A stretch of DNA of 53,666 nucleotides from Thermotogota bacterium (GTDB lineage: Bacteria > Thermotogota > Thermotogae > Petrotogales > Petrotogaceae): NCBI GenBank assembly GCA_051748045.1, contig JBNJGY010000007.1, positions 1 through 53,666 on the forward strand. Direction: 5' to 3'. Under the pieces are notes generated by a model, which did not search any database, had not been told where the DNA came from, and was given only the letters and a program-made list of their open reading frames with translations. The position numbers and the translations under genes are program-made. Numbering within the stretch: the stretch's first letter is position 1; every line of letters begins with the position of its first letter. Shown piece by piece: positions 31,079 to 40,958 of this stretch.

Positions 31079-31181
31079 TGAACAGCCTCATGTCTAGTAA
31101 ACACAAAAATCAATAAAAATACCTCCAAATCAGTTTTGTAATTTCTATTAATTACATTTCTGCTTTGGAGGTATCATATCA
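31079..31181 (-). mobile_element. 103-bp MITE-like / internally deleted IS3-family remnant
   Basis: TG...CA termini, imperfect terminal inverted repeats, internal hairpin TACCTCCAAA/TTTGGAGGTA, near-duplicated flanks TAAC/TAAG; related to the element at 51646-51716. Confidence 0.55.
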
Positions 31182-31186
31182 TAAGC

Positions 31187-32224
31187 TCATTTTTTTATTA
31201 GTTTGTTAGTTATAGGTATTATTTCATTAGCATCATAAGCTGTTCCATCAGCGCCTAACTTATCTACAATTCTTTCATTTCCTCTTATTGCATTACCTCC
31301 AACCAGTATTTTGACATCCGGAAATTCTTTTTTAACCATATTAATCATTTTTTGAGCATCTTTTAAATAAATGCTGAGAGAAATAGATATTCCCAAAACA
31401 TCAACAGTATGATTTTTTAAAATATCTAGAACACTTGAAATTGTTGAAGAACTTCCTATAAAAATAGTTTTCCAGCCATCACTCTCTAAAAAATCGCATA
31501 TCATTCTAAGACCAACTTCGTGATTATCATTAGGCGGACAGACTCCTAAAAAAACTGGTGAATTATCTTTATAAGTTTTTATGTTTAAATTGAATTTTTC
31601 CATAGCTCTTCTTGTAATAGCAGTTCCATAATGTTCTTGAGCTACTGATATCATATTTTTTTGCCACAATTCTCCTAATTTATGTAATGCCATTTGGAAA
31701 ATATTTAAATATATTTCTTTTGCTTTATAACCTTTTTCTCTTATTTTATCAACAACTTCAAAGGCTTCTTCTTTATCCAAATTGAGAATTGCTTCCAAAT
31801 ATTTATTGTAAAAAGAATACAAATCATTATCAAGGTATATTTTTTCTAAATTATCTCTTTCTTTATCTTCTATCTTGAGTCTATCATTAATTGAGTTTTG
31901 AATTGTAGAATCAATAATGCTATAAATTTTCCCGCCATAATCATTCTCTAATAAAAGAGAAATAGCTTCACTTAAAGCGTATAATGATCTAATTAATTCA
32001 TGAACAGATAAATTGTAAGAAATAAAAACATCTCTTAACCATTCAAAATAATTAGTGAAAATCCTTGGTTCTCCATAATCAACTGTAAGGTCTAAATATT
32101 TCAAATGGTAAATCATATCATCAATATCTTTTTGGCCTGATACTTTAATATTTTTTTCTTTAAAAATTTTCAATGTTTTTTTTATTATCCGATCTTGATT
32201 TTTAACAAGAATATTTTCATCCAT
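31187..32224 (-). CDS. Cobalamin-binding sensor protein (helical/globin-like N-terminus + CarH/AerR-type B12-binding domains)
   Basis: W-x9-EH (WQKNMISVAQEH), DxHxxG (DNHEVG), VLGISIS, ILVGG. Start moved to ATG 32224, 1 nt after the cheBR stop, GGGGAG RBS. Confidence 0.88.
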   Translation of the reverse strand: MDENILVKNQDRIIKKTLKIFKEKNIKVSGQKDIDDMIYHLKYLDLTVDYGEPRIFTNYFEWLRDVFISYNLSVHELIRSLYALSEAISLLLENDYGGKIYSIIDSTIQNSINDRLKIEDKERDNLEKIYLDNDLYSFYNKYLEAILNLDKEEAFEVVDKIREKGYKAKEIYLNIFQMALHKLGELWQKNMISVAQEHYGTAITRRAMEKFNLNIKTYKDNSPVFLGVCPPNDNHEVGLRMICDFLESDGWKTIFIGSSSTISSVLDILKNHTVDVLGISISLSIYLKDAQKMINMVKKEFPDVKILVGGNAIRGNERIVDKLGADGTAYDANEIIPITNKLIKK

Positions 32225-32225
32225 T

Positions 32226-35000
32226 TTAACACTCCCCATCAAATTTTATAAAACAATTAATTTTACCGTCTGATCTTTCAAAGAAAATTTCAAATATTTT
32301 TTCCTTATTCTTAAATTTTATTTTTGATTTTATAATTTCTGCAGATTTAATAGCTTCTTCAAAAGATGCTATTATATTTTGTCTATAATTATCATCAATC
32401 AAACTAAAAAAAGAATTATTGAAAATATATTTTTTAGTTTTGGATATGTAATTAATAAAACAATTATTTGCAATATCCACATAACCATCAAAACTTAAAA
32501 CGATAAAAATCTCATCTGATAAATTTAATAGAGAGATATTATTTGAGTTGTTCTTTCTTATATCAGTTATATCTAAAAAAGTTATAATTACCCCTTTCAT
32601 GACATTTTCTGTTGTTAAATATGGGAGTATTCTAAGCAAATAAACTTTACCTTTATTAGCTTTACTCACCAAATATTTTTCTACAGGTTTCATATCATCC
32701 AAAACTGTTTTACAGTCCTCATAAATATCATTATAGTCAAAATTATTTGTTATATGATAAATAGGCCTACCTAGATCTACATTCATTAAGGAAAATTCTT
32801 TCTTCGCTGATGGAGTAAATTTTCTTATTTGCAAAGTCTTATCTAAGAAAATAGTACCAATATTATTTGCATTTAAATAATTATTCAAATCGTTATTTGC
32901 TTCAGTCAGTTCTTCGATTTTACTTTGGTATTCACTATTAACTGTGTATAATTCTTCGTTTACAGATTGTAATTCTTCATTTGTGCTTTGTAGTTCTTCA
33001 TTTGAACTTATTAGTTGTTCATTTGCAGATTGTAGTTCTTCATTAGAAGTTTCAAGTTGTTGGATAGTCTTTTGTAAATCATCATCTTTTTTAATGAGTT
33101 TATTTTCTAAGTCATCTATTCTTTCTTTCATATTTTCATTAATATCAACTACATTATATTTTTTTGGTTCAATATATTCATCATTTTCTTCGAAACTAAC
33201 TAAAAACATACCTAAATCTTTTAAAGATCTAACTGAAACAACGACTCCTTTATCGGTTATATAATTTTTGTTGTCACTGTTATTTTTCTTTGATTTTAAT
33301 ACTAAAGATTCAATTATAAATCTCATATCCTTTGAAAACATGCTCAAAATGTTTAAAGAAATTTTACCGTCAGATATTTCCATGAATCTTCCAGCGCCTT
33401 TGAAAATATGAATTAGATTAAAGTCGGGATCTATTAAAATAGAAGGAGGTAGAAATTCTTCTAATAAGTTTTCAAATACATGTGGATTTTTTTCTTTTGG
33501 ACTATTATTAGATATCTCAGTATCATTTTGCAGTTTTTTTTCATTTCTGCTTATAATCTTACTATAATTATAAATAGTACTTTTTTTATTAGTACTTCCA
33601 CTTAAATAGTTGAAAAGTTTGGCTTTAGTATCAATTATTTTAAACATATCAGTCAATGAACCAATTGATTCACTAGGTCCTAAAAATAAATATGAATTAA
33701 AATTTAGTGCGAAATGGAACATAGATAAAATTTTTTCTTGTTCATCAGAAGTTAAATAAATTAAAAGGTTTCTACAAGATACCAAGTCTATTTTTGAGAA
33801 AGGCGGGTCATTTACAATATTATGTTTCGAAAAGATAACTTTTTTTTTGATTTCATTACTAACGTGGTATTTATTTCCTTTTTTAATAAAGTATTTTTCT
33901 AGGTATTCTTTAGGGATATCTGAAATAATATTATTAGAGTAAATACCTTGATTAGCTTTGCTTAAAGAATCTTCATTCAAATCAGTTGCGAAAATTTTAT
34001 AATTTACATTTTTATTTATTTTTTCAATGGCATCTTCAAAAAGAAAAGCTATAGTATATGATTCTTCACCAGAAGAACAACCTACATCCCAAATTCTTAT
34101 TGTGTGACCTTCTGGTGAGTCATTAACTAAATTTATAATAGCTTTTTCGTATAGAATTTTAAAATATTCTTCGTCTCTAAAAAATTCAGTAACTCCAATA
34201 AGTAGTTCTCTATAAAGTCTATCTATTTCTTTTTCACTATTTTTCAACAAACTATAATACTCATTAACATCTGTCAAATTGTGAGCCTTAATTCTTTTTT
34301 CTATTCTTCGAGAAATTGTTTCTAGCTTATAAGATTTAAAATCAACATCTTTTTTAATTTTAATTATGTCAATTATTTTATAGAAAGATTGTCTTTTATT
34401 ACTGTTGAGATTTTCTTTAGAGTAAAATAAACTTCTAGATATTTCGTTTAGTTTGTAAGCGATTTCAACTGGAGGCAAAATATAATCAATATAACCACTA
34501 TCAATTGAGTTTCTTGGCATACTATCAAATTCACAAGAATCTGGCGATTGAGCTATAGTAATTCCTCCTGATCTTTTAATTACTTTAGAGCCTTCAGTTC
34601 CGTCTGAACCTGTGCCTGATAAAACTATAGATATTGCCCTAGAGTATTTATCAAAAGCTAAAGATTTAAAGAAAGTATTTATTGGTAAATTATTAGAATC
34701 ATGATGTTTAAGATTATCTAAGTATAATTTATCTTCATAAATTTTCAGGAGCTTATTTGGTGGAATCAAATAAATTTTGTTTGGCTCAACTAACAATCCA
34801 TTTTTAGCATATATTATTTCAAGGTTTGTTTTTCTACTTAATATCTCATCCATATAGCTTTGGTGGTCCGGAGATAAATGTTGAATTATTACATAAGCCA
34901 TGTTTTCATTAGGCTCCAACACTTCAATTAAATTTTCTATAGCTTTTAGACCACCAGCGGAAGCACCAATAGCTGCGACAAAAATATTATCTCTATTCAT
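32226..35000 (-). CDS. cheBR: CheB/CheR fusion protein with coiled coil and PAS domains, no kinase output
   Basis: Che[20 protein letters not shown]; Che[34 protein letters not shown] heptad repeats; two C-terminal PAS-like domains. Confidence 0.95.
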   Translation of the reverse strand: MNRDNIFVAAIGASAGGLKAIENLIEVLEPNENMAYVIIQHLSPDHQSYMDEILSRKTNLEIIYAKNGLLVEPNKIYLIPPNKLLKIYEDKLYLDNLKHHDSNNLPINTFFKSLAFDKYSRAISIVLSGTGSDGTEGSKVIKRSGGITIAQSPDSCEFDSMPRNSIDSGYIDYILPPVEIAYKLNEISRSLFYSKENLNSNKRQSFYKIIDIIKIKKDVDFKSYKLETISRRIEKRIKAHNLTDVNEYYSLLKNSEKEIDRLYRELLIGVTEFFRDEEYFKILYEKAIINLVNDSPEGHTIRIWDVGCSSGEESYTIAFLFEDAIEKINKNVNYKIFATDLNEDSLSKANQGIYSNNIISDIPKEYLEKYFIKKGNKYHVSNEIKKKVIFSKHNIVNDPPFSKIDLVSCRNLLIYLTSDEQEKILSMFHFALNFNSYLFLGPSESIGSLTDMFKIIDTKAKLFNYLSGSTNKKSTIYNYSKIISRNEKKLQNDTEISNNSPKEKNPHVFENLLEEFLPPSILIDPDFNLIHIFKGAGRFMEISDGKISLNILSMFSKDMRFIIESLVLKSKKNNSDNKNYITDKGVVVSVRSLKDLGMFLVSFEENDEYIEPKKYNVVDINENMKERIDDLENKLIKKDDDLQKTIQQLETSNEELQSANEQLISSNEELQSTNEELQSVNEELYTVNSEYQSKIEELTEANNDLNNYLNANNIGTIFLDKTLQIRKFTPSAKKEFSLMNVDLGRPIYHITNNFDYNDIYEDCKTVLDDMKPVEKYLVSKANKGKVYLLRILPYLTTENVMKGVIITFLDITDIRKNNSNNISLLNLSDEIFIVLSFDGYVDIANNCFINYISKTKKYIFNNSFFSLIDDNYRQNIIASFEEAIKSAEIIKSKIKFKNKEKIFEIFFERSDGKINCFIKFDGEC

Positions 35001-35056
35001 TCAAATCACACCTTATTTTTAATTAGTCTATATTAAATTATACCATTTTTTTGAGT

Positions 35057-35752
35057 TTAACTTGTTTTTTTATTTAGAAAATCATCACTCAAATGTCCAT
35101 TATCTAATTTCAATATTCTTTTAGAATATTTTTTTATTAAATATTCATTGTGATTAATCATTAATATTGTAATACCCATCTTCTCATTTATAAAATTAGT
35201 AAGAGTCATAATTTTTTCAGCCATATTTGGATCTAATGCTGCTGTATGTTCGTCTAATAATAAAATATTTGGTTCAGAAATAGAAGCAATTATCAAAGAG
35301 AGAGCTTGTTTTTGCCCACCAGAGAGTTCTTTGACATTAGTTTTTAACCTTTTTTCAAGTCCTATACCTAAATTTTTCAATAAATCAATTCCTTTGATTT
35401 TTCCAAACTTAAAAAATCTATTCCCTTTTTTAGAACCTAAAATTAAGTTTTCTTCAATAGACAGATCAGGAAAAACTCCGGTATCAGGGTTTTGATACAC
35501 AATACTAATATTTTTAAGTATCTTATAAGAAGGAATTTTAGAAGTATTTTTATTATCTAAAAAATAATGACCATCTTGCGGTTTAACATCTCCTGTTAAT
35601 ACTTTAAATAGAGTTGATTTTCCAGAACCATTAGCTCCTATTACAGTTATCAATTCGCCTTTAATAAATTGAAAGGAAAAATTTTCTAAAGCGACTTTTT
35701 CATTTATTTGACCTTTATTATATATGACTTTAATTTCTTTAAGCTTAACCAT
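35057..35752 (-). CDS. ABC transporter ATP-binding protein (TrpZ-like)
   Basis: GANGSGKS, LSGGQKQ, LLLDEHTAALDP (typical of this importer family). Confidence 0.92.
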   Translation of the reverse strand: MVKLKEIKVIYNKGQINEKVALENFSFQFIKGELITVIGANGSGKSTLFKVLTGDVKPQDGHYFLDNKNTSKIPSYKILKNISIVYQNPDTGVFPDLSIEENLILGSKKGNRFFKFGKIKGIDLLKNLGIGLEKRLKTNVKELSGGQKQALSLIIASISEPNILLLDEHTAALDPNMAEKIMTLTNFINEKMGITILMINHNEYLIKKYSKRILKLDNGHLSDDFLNKKTS

Positions 35753-36696
35753 TTTTTGACCTCCTCATTTCTTATTCCAATCATTATGATAATAAAAGCA
35801 GAGGTTAAAAGTTTCATATCCCCTGGAGTAAAACCAATTTTATATCCGTGTTTCATAACTAACGCTATAACAAATTGGTAAACAACCCCACCAGTAAAGG
35901 CAAACAAGAGATTGTATAAAACATTTAATTTTCCTAAAATAATTTCTCCAATAATAACTGCAGCTAAAGATGAAACTACTATACCTTGTCCCATGTTCAC
36001 ATCGGAAAACCCTGAATAAATTGCAAAAAAACTACCTGATAATCCCGGGAAAAAATTTCCCAGAAATAATCCAAAGTAACTAAAAACATTTGGGTTCATT
36101 CCTAAATTTTTAATACCTTCTTTATTATTTCCAAAGCCTCTTAATGCTAAGCCAAACTCTGTCTTAAACAATAATGCAAGTATCAAAATTATCAGAGCAG
36201 AAATAGTTAATAATGTAAAAATATTTATGTTAAAAGATTTAAAATTTATAACAGATTTTATAGATTCATCTTTTGACACTTTCGGTGTATCATTATTATT
36301 TTCAAAAAGAAAATCTAGTTTTGTTCCTCCTTCATAAATTACTTCTTTTGAAGAAGTTTCTTTTGGTACAGTTATGTTAGGTCCATCCATTATTCTTAAA
36401 TTTATTGAATATAACATAGTCATAATCAATATACTTGCCAACAAACTATGCATCTTAAACTTATTATACAAAAAAGCTGTAAGGAGCCCAGCTAAACCGG
36501 CAGCTAAAGCTCCAAACAATATTGCCAAAGGGAGGTGAAAATTAAAATATAATAAACTAATAGTAACCGCAGCTCCCAACACATAAGAACCATCAGGTGT
36601 CAAATCAGGTAAATCAATAACTCTAAAAGAAATAAACACACCTAACGCAGCTAATGAAGCTATTAAACCTTGTTCTAAAATACTTATAATGTCCAT
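35704..36696 (-). CDS. ABC transporter permease (TrpY-like)
   Basis: FRVIDLPDLTPDGSYVLG, LYSINLRIM, FSDVNMGQG, AAVIIGE. Confidence 0.9.
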   Translation of the reverse strand: MDIISILEQGLIASLAALGVFISFRVIDLPDLTPDGSYVLGAAVTISLLYFNFHLPLAILFGALAAGLAGLLTAFLYNKFKMHSLLASILIMTMLYSINLRIMDGPNITVPKETSSKEVIYEGGTKLDFLFENNNDTPKVSKDESIKSVINFKSFNINIFTLLTISALIILILALLFKTEFGLALRGFGNNKEGIKNLGMNPNVFSYFGLFLGNFFPGLSGSFFAIYSGFSDVNMGQGIVVSSLAAVIIGEIILGKLNVLYNLLFAFTGGVVYQFVIALVMKHGYKIGFTPGDMKLLTSAFIIIMIGIRNEEVKKWLSLKKLKSYIIKVK

Positions 36697-36707
36697 GATA
36701 AAACTCC

Positions 36708-37643
36708 TTAATCTATAAAATCTGCATTATCTAATAATTCTGGAGGTAAATCAATTCCATAATGATTTGCTCTTTCTAAATTAATATAAAGCTGCAAAGC
36801 ACTACTAGGCATAAAAGTTGATTCAATGTTTGAAACTTCTTCTCCATCAATTATTTTTTTCACCATTTTACCTGTTTCAACGCCTAAACTTCTATAATCG
36901 AAACCAAAACCTATAACAGATGAAGCTCTAGCAAGGTCTATATCTCCAGAAATAGCTGGTATGTTTTTATCCTCAAAAGTATTAGACAATAATTCAATAG
37001 AAGATGCTACTAAATTATCTGTAAAGATATAAAAAACGTCTACTTCATTACCTCTTGAGTTAATGCCAGTAATCAACTCATTAATGTTAGAACCAGAAAT
37101 CTCTACTGTATTTAAATTTAATTTTTCAGTATAATTTTTGGCTAATTGCACAATTTTTTTAGAGTTCACCTCTCCGGTATTAAAAAGTAATCCTACATTT
37201 TTTACATTAGGCATATAATTTTTAATTAATTTCATATGTAATTCAACAGGTAGCATATCAGAAATACCTACTACATTTTCTGTATTTAAACCCATATTTC
37301 TTATTAAGCCCGCAGCAACAGGATCGGTAACAGCACTAAAAATAATTGGTTTATTACTTATTGAATTAACCGCGGCTTGTGCAGAAGGGGTAGCTATCGC
37401 TACTATTATGTCTGCATCAGAATTGAATTTTTTAGCTATTTGTGTAGCGTTTTGAAATGATCCTTGTGCAATTTGATGATCGTAAACAATATTTTCGACA
37501 TCAGATAACTCTTCTTTTAACCCCTCAAATATTGAATTCAATGCAGGATGTTCCACTATTTGTGTAACCCCAATAGTTACAGCAAAAAAATTTACAAAAA
37601 ATACACTAAGTACTAAAATTACCCCAAAAAATCTTTTTTTCAT
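36708..37643 (-). CDS. ABC transporter substrate-binding protein (TrpX / aromatic amino acid family)
   Basis: IGVTQIVEHPALN, AIATPSAQA, FSAVTDPVAAG, GEVNS, TDN. Start moved from 37706 to ATG 37643 (GGAGGTG RBS, then signal peptide). Confidence 0.9.
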   Translation of the reverse strand: MKKRFFGVILVLSVFFVNFFAVTIGVTQIVEHPALNSIFEGLKEELSDVENIVYDHQIAQGSFQNATQIAKKFNSDADIIVAIATPSAQAAVNSISNKPIIFSAVTDPVAAGLIRNMGLNTENVVGISDMLPVELHMKLIKNYMPNVKNVGLLFNTGEVNSKKIVQLAKNYTEKLNLNTVEISGSNINELITGINSRGNEVDVFYIFTDNLVASSIELLSNTFEDKNIPAISGDIDLARASSVIGFGFDYRSLGVETGKMVKKIIDGEEVSNIESTFMPSSALQLYINLERANHYGIDLPPELLDNADFID

Positions 37644-37668
37644 AAAAACACCTCCGAAAAATTTTGAT

Positions 37669-37704
37669 AAAAAAAGGGTGTCTGCAAAATAAAAGCAGAC
37701 ACCC
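37669..37704 (-). terminator. Attenuator terminator in the 5' leader of the ABC importer
   Basis: Minus strand GGGTGTCTGC-(9 nt)-GCAGACACCC-T7, located between the promoter and the first structural gene. Confidence 0.9.
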
Positions 37705-37725
37705 AAAATTGTTTTTGTTTAGTCC

Positions 37726-37833
37726 TTATGCACCCATGACGAAATATGCACCGGATTGACAAAACTGAGTGTCTTTCCAGTACCAATAATATGCATATGA
37801 ATTATTTATTTTTAATGAGAAATGATTAGACAT
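37726..37833 (-). CDS. Tyr/Trp-rich attenuator leader peptide, 35 aa (MSNHFSLKINNSYAYYWYWKDTQFCQSGAYFVMGA)
   Basis: Translated by hand: ATG 37833 to TAA 37726; AGGTGA RBS at 37839-37844; YAYYWYW cluster at codons 13-19; absent from the ORF track. Confidence 0.85.
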   Translation of the reverse strand: MSNHFSLKINNSYAYYWYWKDTQFCQSGAYFVMGA

Positions 37834-37866
37834 AAAAATCACCTAAATCCTTTTTAAATTGATTTG

Positions 37867-37895
37867 ATTATATCACCTTAATTTTATATTGTCAA
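37867..37895 (-). promoter_or_regulatory. Consensus sigma70 promoter for leader + ABC importer
   Basis: TTGACA (37895-37890), 17 bp, extended -10 TG-A-TATAAT (TATAAT at 37872-37867). Confidence 0.85.
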
Positions 37896-37951
37896 ATGGC
37901 TAATAAAAATAAACAGAAATATACTGTATAATAATTTGGGAGGTGTACTTA

Positions 37952-38188
37952 ATGCAAGAAATAAAAATAGAAAAAATAAAAAAAGAACAATTAATTGAAG
38001 AAATAAAAAAGTATTTTTTTAACGAATCAGGTGAAGATATCGGGAACCTTAGAGCTAGAATGATTCTTGAATTCTTCTTAGAAAAGCTAGGTCCAGTCAT
38101 ATACAATCAAGGCGTTAATGATGCTCATGCTTATATGAAAAATAAATTAGATGAAGTTTTTGAGATAGAAATATATAAAAAAAGATAG
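37952..38188 (+). CDS. DUF2164 family protein
   Basis: IKKYF..E.GEDIGNLRA..ILEFFLEKLGPVIYNQGVNDA pattern; start moved from 37943 to ATG 37952. Confidence 0.8.
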   Translation: MQEIKIEKIKKEQLIEEIKKYFFNESGEDIGNLRARMILEFFLEKLGPVIYNQGVNDAHAYMKNKLDEVFEIEIYKKR

Positions 38189-38213
38189 CAATTCTAAGAA
38201 TTGCTATCTTTTT
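38179..38213. terminator. Bidirectional terminator
   Basis: AAAAAGATAGCAATTC-TAA-GAATTGCTATCTTTTT between convergent genes. Confidence 0.85.
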
Positions 38214-40182
38214 ATTTTAAATGATCAGTTGGGCTTTTATTTTTTGAAATAAAATAAATAGGAATCACATAACTACCTAAAATAAATATAGAAAATATGA
38301 ATAAATATAGATAATTATTATTTATTTTAAATATATTTACATGTTCTTTTATAAAAAGAAATTCAAATAATTGCCAGAAAAAATACAAACTTATAATAGC
38401 ACTTATTATAGAAATAATATAAACATATAAGTACTCTTTGAATAATTTTAAAACTACTTCTAAATTTTGAAACCCGAAAATTTTCATTAAAGCTATCTCC
38501 TGTTTTCTTGAAAGAGTATTTTTAATGATGATAAATATATTGATCAATATAGATACAAAAATAATAATAGTATTTATAATATTGCCTATAAAAATCATGA
38601 AATAATTATCTTCCTCTATTTGTTTTTTTAATAATTTATAATTAATAAAATTATTACCCAGGCTATCTTTAAGTATAATATAGCCATTTTTGCTATCTTC
38701 TAAATCTGCAAGAGATGTATTTGACAAATTGTAGATTTTTTGTGTTCCAAATGGTAATTTATAATTAATCTCTTCATAAGTTACAGGTATTATCTTATCA
38801 TTTTCAAGATCATCTAAATGTTTTTGTTCAAAAAATTCAATATTTTCTTGAGTTACAAATGTTTTTCCTTTAAAATATTCAATATTATTTAATTGAACTT
38901 GATAATTAGAGTTGGATAAAGAAGTAAAAAAAACTATCAAAAAAATAAAAACAAGGTTAGAAATAAAAAGATACTTAAAATTACCTGATCTTTGTAGATA
39001 TTTAAAAAAGACAAACTTTTCATTTTTGTAATTAATCTCATCTTTTACATTCATTTTCTTTACTAAATTAAAAATATTCCCTTTTATAATTTTCTTTGAT
39101 TTGTAAAAAATATATAAAATAATAAATAAAGGAATTAAAACAGAAGTAATGTAAATACTAATATCTTCTTTAATAAACATACCAACATCATTAAATATTT
39201 GTTTTTCAATAATACTCAAAAAAGGTTTACTAATTAAAATACCTAAAAGCCAACCAGTGATACTTATAATTGAATATTGAAAAATATTTTTTAATATAAT
39301 ATATTTTTTAGTATAACCAAATGCGTGTAATAACGAGATTTCTTTATACTGATCTTTTAAAAAATAGCTAAAGAAAATTACAATTCCCAGAATGAAAATT
39401 ATGGCTATTAAAATATTCATAAAAATATTCTGAAAAATGTAACTAAAATATCTTTTAAAAAAACTTCTTCTTATAGTCTCTGGTGTTTTTATATAAATGT
39501 TATTGTTCATAAAATCACTAGATCTAATGGATTTTTCAATTGCCTTAAATTGCATTTCATTGCCCAAAATTAAAAAAGTATTATAAGTATCTTTATCATC
39601 TATATAACTTTCATCTATAAAAGCCATTAAAGAAGTATTATCTAAAACTCCAGAAATTTTAAGTTCATTATTGTAAAAGAAATCAGAATTAGGTTTATAA
39701 AAATCACCAATCCATAAACCATGTGAATCTAAAAAACCTTCAGAGGCAACTAATTGTCCATTCTTGAATAAATTCCCATCTGTTAAATTAATACCTAGTT
39801 TATCTATTAAGCCTTCTATTCTATTTGTTTTTCCAACTATTGCCTGAAAGGTCCCTTCAGAAGATCTAAAATATTTATAAGAAAGATTAACAGACTTGAA
39901 TTTATAAATATCGATTTCTTCAAAATGATCTGTTTTTATTTCATACAGATACTTCTCAAATGAATCAATTTTATCTTTATATATATTAATAGTCATAATG
40001 TCATCATTTATCATTGATGTTTTTAACCTGGTATCAGCAAAAGATTTAAAAATACTACCAGTTACAATCCCTGCCAATACAGCGATAGAAATTATAAATA
40101 CTAAAAAAAATACCTTCAATTTATTTCTTGAAAAAAATACTAGAATATTTTTTATCATACTAATCATTCCCATATTCTTCAA
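38212..40182 (-). CDS. FtsX/MacB-like ABC permease (duplicated)
   Basis: Two FtsX-type motifs (KEISLLHAFGY; RKQEIALMKIFGF), multiple TMs; exact start uncertain (40182-40158). Confidence 0.8.
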   Translation of the reverse strand: MKNMGMISMIKNILVFFSRNKLKVFFLVFIISIAVLAGIVTGSIFKSFADTRLKTSMINDDIMTINIYKDKIDSFEKYLYEIKTDHFEEIDIYKFKSVNLSYKYFRSSEGTFQAIVGKTNRIEGLIDKLGINLTDGNLFKNGQLVASEGFLDSHGLWIGDFYKPNSDFFYNNELKISGVLDNTSLMAFIDESYIDDKDTYNTFLILGNEMQFKAIEKSIRSSDFMNNNIYIKTPETIRRSFFKRYFSYIFQNIFMNILIAIIFILGIVIFFSYFLKDQYKEISLLHAFGYTKKYIILKNIFQYSIISITGWLLGILISKPFLSIIEKQIFNDVGMFIKEDISIYITSVLIPLFIILYIFYKSKKIIKGNIFNLVKKMNVKDEINYKNEKFVFFKYLQRSGNFKYLFISNLVFIFLIVFFTSLSNSNYQVQLNNIEYFKGKTFVTQENIEFFEQKHLDDLENDKIIPVTYEEINYKLPFGTQKIYNLSNTSLADLEDSKNGYIILKDSLGNNFINYKLLKKQIEEDNYFMIFIGNIINTIIIFVSILINIFIIIKNTLSRKQEIALMKIFGFQNLEVVLKLFKEYLYVYIISIISAIISLYFFWQLFEFLFIKEHVNIFKINNNYLYLFIFSIFILGSYVIPIYFISKNKSPTDHLK

Positions 40183-40807
40183 GGTCTAAAACAATATCAT
40201 ATTCAAAAGTGCTATTTTGATGAGAAATATAAAAAACAGTCAGATTATATTCTTTAGAAATTTTGTTTATTAAATTAATAACATTTTCTTTATTTTTTAG
40301 ATCCAAAGAAGATGTTGGTTCATCAACGAATAAAACTTTTGGACTATTTATTAAAGCCCTTGCTATTGAAGCCCTTTGTTTTTGACCTCCGCTAACTTCA
40401 GAAGGAAATTTATCCAAAATTTCTAATATATCCAATGTTTCAGAAAGCTTCTCTGGAGAAATATTTGGTGTACCTTTTTTTACTGGTAGTAAAATATTTT
40501 CTTTTATTGTTAAATAATCTATAAAAAAAGATTCTTGGAAAACAAAACCAAAATCTTTGTTTCTTATGTTATCTCTTGTTTTTTCATCTATTTCATTAAT
40601 ATTCAAATCATTATAAATGATTTTTCCTGAATCAGGTTTAATCAATCCGCTTAACAGATTAATCAATGTAGTTTTTCCATAACCCGATTTTCCTTTAATA
40701 AAAATATTTTTATCATCTGGAAAAATCATACTGAAGTCTTTAAAAATTATTTTTTCTTTTTTAAAATTATTTTTATATTTGAAAAATACGTTTTTCATTT
40801 CAAACAT
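40160..40807 (-). CDS. ABC transporter ATP-binding protein (LolD/MacB-like)
   Basis: GKSGYGKT, FGFVFQ, VSGGQKQR, VDEPTSSLD, SH. Start moved from 40843 to ATG 40807. Confidence 0.9.
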   Translation of the reverse strand: MFEMKNVFFKYKNNFKKEKIIFKDFSMIFPDDKNIFIKGKSGYGKTTLINLLSGLIKPDSGKIIYNDLNINEIDEKTRDNIRNKDFGFVFQESFFIDYLTIKENILLPVKKGTPNISPEKLSETLDILEILDKFPSEVSGGQKQRASIARALINSPKVLFVDEPTSSLDLKNKENVINLINKISKEYNLTVFYISHQNSTFEYDIVLDLEEYGND

Positions 40808-40958
40808 AAAATAATCACCCCCCTTATATAAATTATATATCATAATATATATAATAATCGCATGAAAAAAGTAATTATTTATATATTTTTTAATATAAAT
40901 AAAAATTAGTATAATATAAATGTGATAAAAATTTAGGGATTATTTAAGGGGGTATAAA

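Noticed and set aside
32940-33060. 21-bp periodic repeat (NEELQS heptads) and the antisense Ser/Cys-rich ORF 32944-33264
   Set aside because: Standard coiled-coil repeat of CheBR fusions; the antisense ORF is its shadow.
37644-37860. T-box riboswitch ahead of the TrpX-like importer
   Set aside because: No GGTGGNACCGCG T-box motif or stem I features; the leader-peptide model explains the region.
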